Source: an uncultured Eubacteriales bacterium (GTDB lineage: Bacteria > Bacillota > Clostridia > Oscillospirales > CAG-272). Taken from it: a stretch of DNA of 64,000 nt. Of this stretch, positions 10,388-20,232 are shown in pieces. Positions within the stretch are counted from its first letter, which is position 1; each line of letters starts with the position of its first letter. A program made the position numbers and the translations under genes. The DNA is taken from contig CABUHS010000010.1 in the NCBI GenBank assembly GCA_902491535.1, forward strand, positions 6,541-70,540, read 5' to 3'. A model generated the notes under the pieces. That model had not been told where the DNA came from. It saw only the letters and a program-made list of their open reading frames with translations, and did no database searches.

Positions 10388-11458
10388 TTATTTTGACTGT
10401 TTTTCAATTGCTTCCCAAAGTCCGCAGAGATAAGCGGCACCGAGCGCGCGGTCATACAGACCGTAACCGGGCATAGCCTTTTCTCCCCAGATCATGCGTC
10501 CGTGGTCAGGACGCATAGGACCGCAGAATCCTGTGTCGTAAAGCGCTTTCATGATCGCGTACATGTCGAATGTACCGTCCGCACTCAGATGTGCGCTTTC
10601 TTCAAAATCGCGGGAACCGTCATTGAAACGGAGATTCCTCACGTGAGCGAAATGTATACGGCCTTTGAGCATATGAATGGTGTCGACAATATTGTTTTCA
10701 AGATTTGTTCCGTATGAACCCGTGCAGAGTGCGATACCGTTGTGACGGTTCGGAACCATATCTATCATACGCTTCATTTTTGCCTGACTTGAGATGATTC
10801 TCGGAAGACCGAATATGCTCCAAGCGGGATCGTCGGGATGAACAGCCATATTGATGTCGTATTTATCACAAACAGGCATTATGGCTTCGAGGAAATATTT
10901 GAGATTAGCAAAAAGCTGTTCTTCTCCGATATCGCTGTACATTTCGAACAGTTCTTTTATCTTTGCCATACGTTCCGGCTCCCATCCGGGAAGTACCGCG
11001 CCGTTCATGTTGTCCTTGATAGAACCGAACATTTTTTCGGGATCCATGCCGTCGATCATATCCTGATTGTATGCCATAACGGTCGTTCCGTCTGCTCTGG
11101 GACGGTCAAGTTCTGTACGTGTCCAGTCGAATACAGGCATGAAGTTATAGCATACCATGTGTATATCGGCTTTTCCGAGATTTTCGAGAGTTTTTATATA
11201 TGCTTCGATGTCCTTGTCGCGGTCTGCCGATCCGGTTTTGATTGCATCGCTGACGTTGACGCTTTCGATACCGGAGATATGAAGTCCGGCGTCCTCAACT
11301 TCCTTTTTGATAGCGCCTATCTCGTCCTCTGTCCAGAGTTCGCCCGGCATCTTGTTCATGAGCGATGTGATTATTCCTTTTGTATAGCAGATCTGCCTGA
11401 TCTGTTCGAGGGTAACGGTATCGTAGCTTTTACCGTACCAACGCATTGTCATTTCCAT
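10388..11458 (-). CDS. uxuA: Mannonate dehydratase
   Basis: 356 aa. The N-terminus MEMTMRWYG and the overall sequence are typical of UxuA. Confidence 0.9.
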   Translation of the reverse strand: MEMTMRWYGKSYDTVTLEQIRQICYTKGIITSLMNKMPGELWTEDEIGAIKKEVEDAGLHISGIESVNVSDAIKTGSADRDKDIEAYIKTLENLGKADIHMVCYNFMPVFDWTRTELDRPRADGTTVMAYNQDMIDGMDPEKMFGSIKDNMNGAVLPGWEPERMAKIKELFEMYSDIGEEQLFANLKYFLEAIMPVCDKYDINMAVHPDDPAWSIFGLPRIISSQAKMKRMIDMVPNRHNGIALCTGSYGTNLENNIVDTIHMLKGRIHFAHVRNLRFNDGSRDFEESAHLSADGTFDMYAIMKALYDTGFCGPMRPDHGRMIWGEKAMPGYGLYDRALGAAYLCGLWEAIEKQSK

Positions 11459-11568
11459 GTTCTTGTCTCCTGAGTATATATGTAGTGATTTTACTTGTTT
11501 TTGACCGCTTTTTTCGGATGAATGGGCGGATTGTTATTATCTTCTATATTTTCGGTGTATTGGAATGT

Positions 11569-12423
11569 TCAGATTGATTCTATAAATTTCTTTATGAATC
11601 TGCCGTAAGGCCCGCGGACGCGTTCTGCCGTTTCGAGAACTTCGACGTGAGAGAGCGGCTGCTCAAGAACTCCTGCCGCCATATTGGTCATGCAGGAAAA
11701 TCCGGCAACACGCAGTCCCGCATGCTTTGCCACAATGACCTCCGGTACGGTCGACATTCCGACTGCGTCGGCACCGAGCGTGCGAAACATGCGGATCTCC
11801 GCAGGCGTTTCAAAGCTCGGCCCTGTAGACTGCAGATATACACCTGCATGAGCTGTTACATCACATTCCTTGGCGATATTCAGCGCAAGTTCTGAAAGAT
11901 TTTTATCGTATGCCGCGCTCATATCGGGAAAACGCGTTCCGAGACGGTCGTCATTTTCTCCGGTCAGAGGATTCTTCGCGGTAAAGTTGATGTGATCGGT
12001 TATTATCATCATGTCGCCTGCGGAATACGCGGTGTTTATTGCTCCGGCTGCATTTGTTACAACGACGGTTTCAATTCCGAGCATTTTCATGATATAGACT
12101 GGCATTACCACATCGCGCATGGAATGTCCCTCATACGGGTGAAGTCTTCCGCTCATCAGCAGAACGTCCTTTTTACCGATGCTTCCGCAGATCCATTCTC
12201 CCGCATGGCCGGGAACTGTAGATACAGCCATTCCGGGAACTTCGCGGTAGGGTATCCTTACGGGATTTTCTACCTGTCCGGCGATATCTCCCCAGCCTGA
12301 GCCAAGTATAAGAGCAGCGGACGGATTTCGGTCTCCGATCCTGCCGCGGATATACTCCGCAGCAGAGCATATCGTATCGTAGTAGTTGTTTTTGCTGTTC
12401 ATATCAGCGCCCGCCTTACTCAA
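11569..12423 (-). CDS. Purine nucleoside phosphorylase (trimeric PNP/MTAP class, inosine/guanosine type)
   Basis: 284 aa with the motifs GSGWG, SGRLHPYEGH, VTNAAGA, GPSFETPAE, GADAVGMSTVPE and TNMAAG. An alternative start at 12402 is possible. Confidence 0.85.
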   Translation of the reverse strand: MSKAGADMNSKNNYYDTICSAAEYIRGRIGDRNPSAALILGSGWGDIAGQVENPVRIPYREVPGMAVSTVPGHAGEWICGSIGKKDVLLMSGRLHPYEGHSMRDVVMPVYIMKMLGIETVVVTNAAGAINTAYSAGDMMIITDHINFTAKNPLTGENDDRLGTRFPDMSAAYDKNLSELALNIAKECDVTAHAGVYLQSTGPSFETPAEIRMFRTLGADAVGMSTVPEVIVAKHAGLRVAGFSCMTNMAAGVLEQPLSHVEVLETAERVRGPYGRFIKKFIESI

Positions 12424-13525
12424 AAAGTCCCGGATACGGATCGACGGTTACGAAATCTTCGTTATGCGCAGGAATACCGCGTTTTTTGTCGATGAAGTCC
12501 ATAAGCGCACGGAATTCGGGCAACTTGTGCCTGTGCCCTCCGGTGCGGTACCATGATTCCGCACGGTCGCTGACTCCGAGGAGATCGAACACCTTCTTTG
12601 CTGCGAGGAAAGAATAGTAGCTTCCGCGCGGATTCGACCATGTGTCGTCGTATCCGCTTGTTTCAAGCAGATAACGCGGCGCAACGAGCGCTTTGACAAA
12701 ATGCATATCGTAGGGAAGAGTATCCTCCTTGCCGGCGTACTTCTTCATTTCCGGTCCGAGCCAGTAGGGAACGATTCCGAGCAGATAGCAGAGCGGCTCG
12801 CTGCGTTTGTCGCCTTCTTCAAGCATGTCGTGTTCAATATAGCGGTAGCAGCCGCAGCCGTGAGTTCCGCTGCAGTTGGGGTTCGTATATTTAACGCGCT
12901 CGTCGAGCGCGCCTGCAAGAAGCACAGTTTTTCCGCCGCGGGAGTGGCCCGAGATCGCGATCTCGTCTGTGTCTATCATCGGGATCTGCATAAGCGCGTC
13001 GATACAGCGCATGTACGCCCACGCCCATGCGGATATTGCGCTGAAATGCATATCGGGATAAACAGTATATATACCGCTGTTGCGGCGCTCATGATACCCG
13101 TCGTGAGCGATCTCGGTGCGGTCGAACATTGCGATCGCATAACCGCGGCGCGAAGCCTCTTTAAGAACTTCGATATCGCAGTCCATCCAGCAGCCGTCTC
13201 CGGTTACGATCACAGGAAACTTCTCAATGTTCTTATTTTCCGGAGTTTCAGCAGGGATAAGCACGCGCATTGCAAAGCTGTACGGATTCGCCTTTGTACC
13301 CGTAGTGATACGGTATGTATCGAATTCACGGCGGTATCCGAGATTCATGTGGTCAATCTTCAGAAATTCAGGTTCTGGCGGCATTCCTCCGTACTCGGTT
13401 TCAATAACGAGGTCAAGTATTTCTTGACGTCTGCGTGCCCAGTCATCGGCTGTCTGAACTATACTTCCGTCGTTAAGCTTTAAAACGTCCGGAAGCTCGC
13501 TTGTGATTATATCATTGTTATACAT
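12416..13525 (-). CDS. Alpha/beta hydrolase resembling CE15 glucuronoyl esterases
   Basis: 369 aa. The motif GHSRGGK fits the CE15 G-x-S-R-x-G nucleophile signature, and a distal GGH is present. It lies next to hexuronate catabolism genes. Family assignment is by motif recall only. Confidence 0.5.
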   Translation of the reverse strand: MYNNDIITSELPDVLKLNDGSIVQTADDWARRRQEILDLVIETEYGGMPPEPEFLKIDHMNLGYRREFDTYRITTGTKANPYSFAMRVLIPAETPENKNIEKFPVIVTGDGCWMDCDIEVLKEASRRGYAIAMFDRTEIAHDGYHERRNSGIYTVYPDMHFSAISAWAWAYMRCIDALMQIPMIDTDEIAISGHSRGGKTVLLAGALDERVKYTNPNCSGTHGCGCYRYIEHDMLEEGDKRSEPLCYLLGIVPYWLGPEMKKYAGKEDTLPYDMHFVKALVAPRYLLETSGYDDTWSNPRGSYYSFLAAKKVFDLLGVSDRAESWYRTGGHRHKLPEFRALMDFIDKKRGIPAHNEDFVTVDPYPGLFE

Positions 13526-13598
13526 GTCGTCTTACCTTTCGGTTTTTATTTTTATATATAATTAAAAATGATAGAAACTGATTGATATGCTGAGTATT

Positions 13599-14753
13599 TC
13601 AGCCGCCAATGAGCGAAAGAAGCTTTTCTCCGTCATTTGACGCGGCGTCGAGTTCGCAGTATTTTTCAGCTGCTGCTCGGATACCGTTTTCCTTCGCAAA
13701 TGCTTTGACTTCAGCGGAGGAAGTGTCTCCGTCGGGAGCAAAATCGAATGCTGCGCGGATGCCGTCTACGATAAATTTCGGCTCGATTCCGTGTTTGATG
13801 CAGAGCAGAGCGGTTCCTGTCAGACGGTCGTTAGAAGCAAGCTTTCGGACAGTATCTCTTCCGACGCGGTCTACTGTGTCTCCGAGAAGCTTGTTGTCAA
13901 ATCGTGAAAGCAGCTCGTATGAGAAAGAGACAAGCTCTGTCATCGGTACTCCGTATTCCGCCGAAAGCGCGAGCGAAGCCTCGATAAGCGCGCCGAGAGC
14001 GGCATATCTGAGCTGATAATCGGCCGCTGCTTCCCATATGTATGTGTAGCCTTTTTTCTTTGCAAGATATGCGAGAACGGCGTGGCTCATGTTGTGCATA
14101 AACAGCTTGCGGCGTATATAGAAATCGAACGGAGCAAACGGCTTTATCGCATAAAGTTCGGGAATTTCTCCTACGAATGCGGAACTGTCGACCGGAAGCT
14201 CGCAGTACGGCTCTACGCAGACTGCGAGAGGATCGAGTGCCTTTATACGTTCGGGAGCGGCGGGAACCATGCGTCCGATCGTAGCTTCGGCAATACCTAC
14301 GCTGCTTTTAAGAAAATCCTTTGCACAGTCGGATATTTTTTCATCTATCAGAGAGCGCAGGTATTTGTCCGCGTCCATGAGATTTTCGCATACGATTATA
14401 TTGAGCGGACGGGCGGATGTCTCCATACGTTTTTCAATACCTGCCGCTATCGGAGCTGCGATAAATTTAAGAATATTTGCGCCTACCGCTGTCGCCATAA
14501 CATCGGCTTCGGCGATCTCTTTTGCAACTGCTTCGACGTCGTTTCCGTTTACAGCACGGACGTTTTTAACTGTGAAACGCTCGTAATCGTCCTTTCCGGT
14601 TATAAATATAGGATACTCTCCGCGCGAGTTCATATCGTCAACCAGCGACTGATTAACGTCTATAAATACCGTTTCATATCCGGTCAGACAGAAGAGCTGA
14701 GCAATAAATCCTCTGCCGATATTGCCGCCTCCGTACATTACCGCTTTTTTCAT
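13599..14753 (-). CDS. Mannitol-1-phosphate 5-dehydrogenase-like oxidoreductase
   Basis: 384 aa. The N-terminal motif GGGNIGRGFIAQLF is nearly the MtlD dinucleotide-binding signature, and the length is typical of MtlD. Confidence 0.7.
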   Translation of the reverse strand: MKKAVMYGGGNIGRGFIAQLFCLTGYETVFIDVNQSLVDDMNSRGEYPIFITGKDDYERFTVKNVRAVNGNDVEAVAKEIAEADVMATAVGANILKFIAAPIAAGIEKRMETSARPLNIIVCENLMDADKYLRSLIDEKISDCAKDFLKSSVGIAEATIGRMVPAAPERIKALDPLAVCVEPYCELPVDSSAFVGEIPELYAIKPFAPFDFYIRRKLFMHNMSHAVLAYLAKKKGYTYIWEAAADYQLRYAALGALIEASLALSAEYGVPMTELVSFSYELLSRFDNKLLGDTVDRVGRDTVRKLASNDRLTGTALLCIKHGIEPKFIVDGIRAAFDFAPDGDTSSAEVKAFAKENGIRAAAEKYCELDAASNDGEKLLSLIGG

Positions 14754-14789
14754 TTGTTATGTACCATTCCTTTCATTTGAAAAACGCAC

Positions 14790-15095
14790 TCAGTCTTTTT
14801 CTTCGTTTTCATTATCTTCATCGTCCTGAGCAAAGTCCTCGCTTATGCCGGACGGGAGTCCGGAATATTCGGCGAGCTTCAGAGCTGCTGCACCGACTGT
14901 TTTCATTCCGAGCAGTTCTTCATCGGTGATGTTTATCCCGAGGCGATCCTCTGCTTCGGAGAGCATTATGACAAGATCGAGTGAATTTGCTCCGATGTCC
15001 TCGATCAGGCGCGAGCTTTCGCATACCTGCGACTGATCTGTTCCGAGTCTCTCGGACAGTATTCCGAGAATGAGTGCGTATACCGTATTTTCCAT
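14790..15095 (-). CDS. Acyl/peptidyl carrier protein-like protein with an acidic C-terminal tail
   Basis: 101 aa. It has a phosphopantetheine-site-like motif IGANSLDLVIMLSEAEDRLG and a tail DDEDNENEEKD. Confidence 0.55.
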   Translation of the reverse strand: MENTVYALILGILSERLGTDQSQVCESSRLIEDIGANSLDLVIMLSEAEDRLGINITDEELLGMKTVGAAALKLAEYSGLPSGISEDFAQDDEDNENEEKD

Positions 15096-15454
15096 AATTA
15101 AAGCATACCCTTCCGTGTGATATCATAGGTAAAAATACACTTTTTTATCATCTATAAATATTATCACTTTTTTTGACGTTTGTCTATATCTTTTTGAAAA
15201 TTGCTTCCGAAAATTGCATTCAGAAGCATTTCCGGAAAATAAACGCGTTATGGGGATCACGTAAACAAGTATATATGCGTAAGAAAAACCTTTTTAATGA
15301 AAAATGAACGCAGAAAAATACGGAAAAACTGTGAAAAAGCGTTTTTTGTGTAAAACAGAGATACATAAAATGTGAGATTTGAAAAAATATATCAAAAAAA
15401 TTCCAAAGCAGACAGAAGAATATCTAAAATACACAAAAAAAATTCAAAATGATG

Positions 15455-15483
15455 TTGACAATGTGATTTAAATATGTTACAAT
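15455..15483 (+). promoter_or_regulatory. Sigma-A type promoter for the dockerin protein gene
   Basis: TTGACA (15455-15460), a 17-nt spacer, then TACAAT (15478-15483). Confidence 0.6.
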
Positions 15484-15600
15484 CAAAGTGTACCGAAGTA
15501 CATATTTTGTTCATTTTAATCATGTAATTAACTGACGCAGACAAGGAAAAGGGGCTTTGCCGCGGAAGTTAAAAATAAAAATCAATACAAGGAGAATGTT

Positions 15601-18600
15601 ATGAGAAAAACAACTAAAAAGCTGTTGTCCTCAGCGCTTGCTGGTCTGTTTGTACTCTCAAGCCTTCCTCTGATGGGTGCTGCGGAGGCAGAGGGCAATA
15701 CAGCTCTCGCTTACACACCTACTCTTGACGGAGTAAAGGATGAGGCGTATGACGCAAGCTACAGCCGAAAGATTGATACAGCATTCGGCAGTGTGGATTT
15801 CAGCTTCCTGTATGACAATGATTATATCTATGTTTACGCTGATTCTGTAGGATCGAGCGGATGGGACTGCTTTACGCTTGGCATGATGTTAACTGATTCA
15901 CCCAAAGATAATTGGGATGCAGTTAATGCAGCAGGTGTTTTCGGAAGCAATCCTCATCTTGATGGATTTGACCTTCGTCACTGGATCGACGTTATGGGAA
16001 CCGGTCATAAAAATCTTGGATGGAATATCGGATGGCAGGATGGAACAAAACCTGCCGATGATACAATGGAACTTGTAGATACAACTCCTGCAACCGAATA
16101 TAAGCTCGTTCGCGGCGAAGAAAAAGGTGCGGTTCTCGAATTTAGAATTGCATACAAGGGTATCACAAAGGAACAGAAGCATGGAGCGCACTCTGGGGCG
16201 GAACTGACTATGCAACTTTCGTACTCGGAGATGAGTATAAGGCAACAGTTCCTGATGATACATCAGCTCCTGTAACAGACGTTCCTACAGAACCCGCAAC
16301 AGAGACTCCTACAGAGCCTGAAACAGATGCTCCTGTAGATCCCCCTGTTGAAGATGCTGATTCTGCTCTCAAGTTTACCCCTGTTCTTGACGGCGTAAAG
16401 GATGAAGCGTATAATGACAGCTTTACCTATCATATCGACGCGACTGCAAATAATTGGGGAAGCGTTGATGCATCATTCCTTTATGATGCAGACTACATTT
16501 ATGTACTTGCTGACATAAAAGACACTGCAAAAGGTACGTTTGACAACTTTGACCTTGCAATCGCAGCAGGCGATGCTCATTGCCAGGTTGTATGTAATCA
16601 GGCATTTAAGGGTCAAGATGGTAGTACACTTTTCTGCCGCCTTTGGGAAGCTGCTGTCGGCGAGATCGGTACTAACCTTAATGTAGGTGCTGAGTCCGCG
16701 GCAACAGAGTTTGCTATAGTAGAAAACGAGGGCGGATACGTTCTTGAGTTCCGTGTTAAGTATGCAGGCAATACCGGAGATGAGATTACAATTAACGGTA
16801 CTGACTCACTTAACGGTTGGAATAACATTGCAGCAGACGGAAAGAAATTTGTTCTCGGCGAAGAGTACGCAGTTGCCCCTGCCGGCAACGAAGCTATCAA
16901 GTACACTCCTGTTCTTGACGGCGTAAAAGACGCAGCATATGATAAAAGCTATAATTTCCATATGGATGCTGCATATGGTGGAGTAGACGGAAGCTTCCTC
17001 TACGATGCTGATTATATTTATATGTATTTAGATGTAACTTCAGCAGAGAAGAGTTTATGGGATATTTTCGGTATCTCAATGATAGCTTCAGCTACACCTA
17101 ATAATGACATGGATGCAGCATGCAAAGCAGCAGTGCATCTGGTAAGCAATCCTTTTTATGAAGGAAACGAGATCAGAAACTGGCAGCAGGTAATGACAGG
17201 ATATCAGAATCTTGGATTTAATCTTGGCTGGCAGGAAGCTGTTCCTGAAGATGATACTTTAGAGCTTGTAAAGACAACTCCTGCGACGGAGTTCGCTGCT
17301 AATGCAACAGAAACCGGAACAGGACTTGAAATCAGAATTGCATATAAGAATCTTGTTAAAGGTGATGCAATTTCATTTGCAACAGATGCAGGAACGAATA
17401 GCTGGGGTAATGTTTGGAGTTCTGAGAACTACGAAACATTTATTCTCGGTGATGACTTCGGTCATACTCACGTATTTGATGAAGAGTACACAGTAGATGT
17501 AGCTCCTACATGTGTTTCTAAAGGTTCTGAGTCACGTCACTGCAAAGATTTTGCAGAATGCGGCGGAAAGACCGATGTAAGAGAGATCGCTATGATCGAT
17601 CACAACGTTGTCGACGGCACATGCACAATGTGCGGCAGACAGAACGTAAAGAAAGCTACACCTACACTTGACGGTGTACTTGATGACGCATACCTCTCTT
17701 CTGCTGTTTACAAGACTGTAGACAATGCAACAGCAGGTAAGGCTGAATTCGGATGGTCGGCGCCCGGCGCATCAAAGAGAATGGCACTTATAAGAGCCGG
17801 CATTATGGATACAGACGGCAAGTTTCTTACCGGTGGAGATTACAGCGTAAGCGCCTTTGCAAAATCAGAAACCTACTTCCTGTGGGATGATGATGCTATC
17901 TATGTATTCGCGAAAGTATACGATGACGCAATATTCCCGACTGCTGAGGAAGATGTAAACGCATGGATTGATGCCGGACAGAGAGATGTTCCGTGGATCA
18001 ATGACCTCGTTCAGCACAGCATATCTTTCCTCGGAGATGCTGCTAACAATATAACCGTTATGGCAAACGCAGGCGGAAACGCTGTATTTGCGCGCAATGC
18101 AAACGGTGTAACAACGATTGAACAGTATTTGACTTATGAAAACAATGCAAATGTTGCAGGTACGGTAGAAGACGGCTATTATACAGTCGAAGTTCGCCTC
18201 CCTGTAAACAATGACCTTAAGGAATACTTCCTTACCGAAGGATCAGATTTCGATTACGGTTACGGAATCTTTGATGTAAGTGCCGAAAAATCAGAAGACG
18301 GCGGCAATGGAATGAACCACGGTGAGTGGGTATGGATAAAGAACCAGGACAATGCAACAGGTTCGTTTATTCTTGTCGCAGATGATACTCCTGTTGATCC
18401 CGGCGATGATACGACGGCTCCTGATGTAAGCGATACAGCAGAGCCTCCTACAGAGTCTGAGACAGAAGCTCCGGTAGATCCTCAGCCTTCAAGTAATGTT
18501 ATCAAGAAGGGTACACCTGAGCTTGACGGCGTACTCGACGGCAAATATCTCGGTTCCGCAGTTTACAGAACAATTGACAGCGCAAAAGCAGGCAAGTCTG

Positions 18601-19676
18601 AGTTTGGATGGTCGAACCCCAGCGTAGCAAAGAGAATGGCACTTATCAGAGCAGGCGTTATGAAGATAAATGGTGATGCTTATGATCTTCTTCCTGACGG
18701 TGATTTCAGCGTAAGCGCTTTTGCAAAATCAGAGACCTACTTCCTGTGGGATGACGATGCACTCTACATCTTCTCAACGATATATGACAGCGATCCTCTC
18801 GCTATCGTAGGCGAAGATGCAGCAGCTAAGAATGACTGGGCATATAATGATATTCCGTGGCTTTCCGACAATATCGTACACAACATTTACACAGCAGCAG
18901 GCAATCTTGCTATTGAAGCAAATGCAGGCGGTGAACTTGTATACGACCGTTTGCTTAATGGTACACCTCTCGGTACTCCCACAGTATCCTCAATTGCCGG
19001 ACGCTGCACATGGGATAACAGCGATAACGTAAGAGGTGTTGTTGAATCAGACCGTTACACAATAGAGGTCCGCATTCCGATTCTTGATTCCGTAAAGGCT
19101 GATGTTCTTAAGGACGGAGCAACCTTCGATTACGGTTACTGGATTTTCGACGGTGACGGTGTTCCGAACGATACAAAGTGGACTTGGGTAAAGAATAAAG
19201 ATACCGAGCTTACTACATTCACTCTTTCCGCTGACGCAGCAATTGCTCCGGATACAACATCGCCTGATGTAAGCGATACAAGTGAACCGCCTACAGATAC
19301 ACCTGAAGTAAGCGACACAAATGAGCCGCCTACAGATACACCTGAAGTAAGCGACACAAATGAACCGCCTACAGATACACCTGAAGTAAGCGACACAAAT
19401 GAGCCGCCTACAGATACACCTGAAGTAAGCGACACAAATGAGCCGCCTACAGACACACCTGAAGTAAGCGATACCGACGAGCCTACTCCCGATAACCTCG
19501 GTGATGTAAACGGCGACGGTATTGTAAATGCTAAGGACCTTGTTCGTCTTATGAAGCGTGTAGCCGGCGATGAAACAATTGAAATTATCGGAACTGCTGA
19601 TATCAACGGCGACGGTGTTATCAACTCTAAAGACCTTGTTCGTCTTATGAAGATTATTGCTGAACAGACAGCATAA
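15601..19676 (+). CDS. Secreted multi-module dockerin (cellulosomal) protein with repeated CBM9-like/DOMON-like modules; reading frame broken once near 16167-16170
   Basis: It starts with a signal peptide (MRKTTKKLLSSALAGLFVLSSLPLMGAAEA). A P(T/V)LDGV(K/L)D..Y module start recurs at about 15720, 16380, 16905, 17650 and 18520. Pro/Thr/Glu linkers are present. The C-terminal type I dockerin duplicate is GDVNGDGIVNAKDLVRLMK / ADINGDGVINSKDLVRLMK. Frame 1 (15601-16275) continues without stops in frame 3 from 16146 to 19676. Confidence 0.8.
19263..19496 (+). repeat. Six in-frame tandem 39-nt repeats encoding the linker PEVSDTNEPPTDT
   Basis: Units start at 19263, 19302, 19341, 19380, 19419 and 19458. 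The inner four are near identical and the outer two are degenerate. Confidence 0.9.
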
Positions 19677-19760
19677 TTTAATCCAAGTTTAATACCTGTT
19701 TTCGTTCGTTATCCCCTGTCCGGAGTGATCCGGTACGAGCGAGAATAAGCAATTAAATAG

Positions 19761-19804
19761 TTGCCCTCCCGCAAAATTAATTTTGCGGGAGGGCAATGTT
19801 TTTG
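19761..19804 (+). terminator. Intrinsic terminator of the dockerin protein gene
   Basis: 16-bp stem ttgccctcccgcaaaa / ttttgcgggagggcaa followed by tgttttt. Confidence 0.85.
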
Positions 19805-20165
19805 TGAAATAACAAGGTTTATGGATATTCGCCTGTGATCTATGATTGCGTCGGTGGGATGGTTCTTATTGTTTAATGTGTATTATGCAGTCATGTATGT
19901 AAAAATATCAAAACGCTGTTAAAGCTGCTAATAGCGTGTACTCATTTATATATCTTTTATTAAGCTTTACGGCAACAGATCTTATTAAGGTTACATAAAT
20001 AAATGTATATACGCTTTAATATCGTTTATATTAAGGCTCAAAAGAAGGGGTTATATTAAGCACAGTATAAAATTTTTGTCTTACATAAGAAAATCCTATA
20101 ACGGTTTTATCCGGTCTTTAAAGTCAGAATTGCCGGTATACGTGAACTTGTTTTTCATAGTACTG

Positions 20166-20202
20166 AAAAAATCTCTCCGGGATAATTTCCGGAGAGATTT
20201 TT
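20166..20202 (-). terminator. Intrinsic terminator downstream of pyrP
   Basis: 12-bp stem aaatctctccgg / ccggagagattt with A/T runs on both sides, 30 nt past the pyrP stop. Confidence 0.8.
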
Positions 20203-20232
20203 GGCATTAAGTATTTATTTCTTAGTTATAGA

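Noticed and set aside
12701-13483. 260-aa plus-strand ORF. The same reasoning applies to 10838-11473, 14082-14780, 13609-14016 and 1791-2474.
   Set aside because: These are shadow ORFs antisense to genes with clear family motifs (esterase, uxuA, mtlD-like, rqcH). No independent start signals were seen.
19136-19624. 162-aa minus-strand ORF with the repeat SLTSGVSVGG
   Set aside because: It is the reverse complement of the in-frame 39-nt linker repeats of the dockerin protein gene, so it is an artefact of the repeat.
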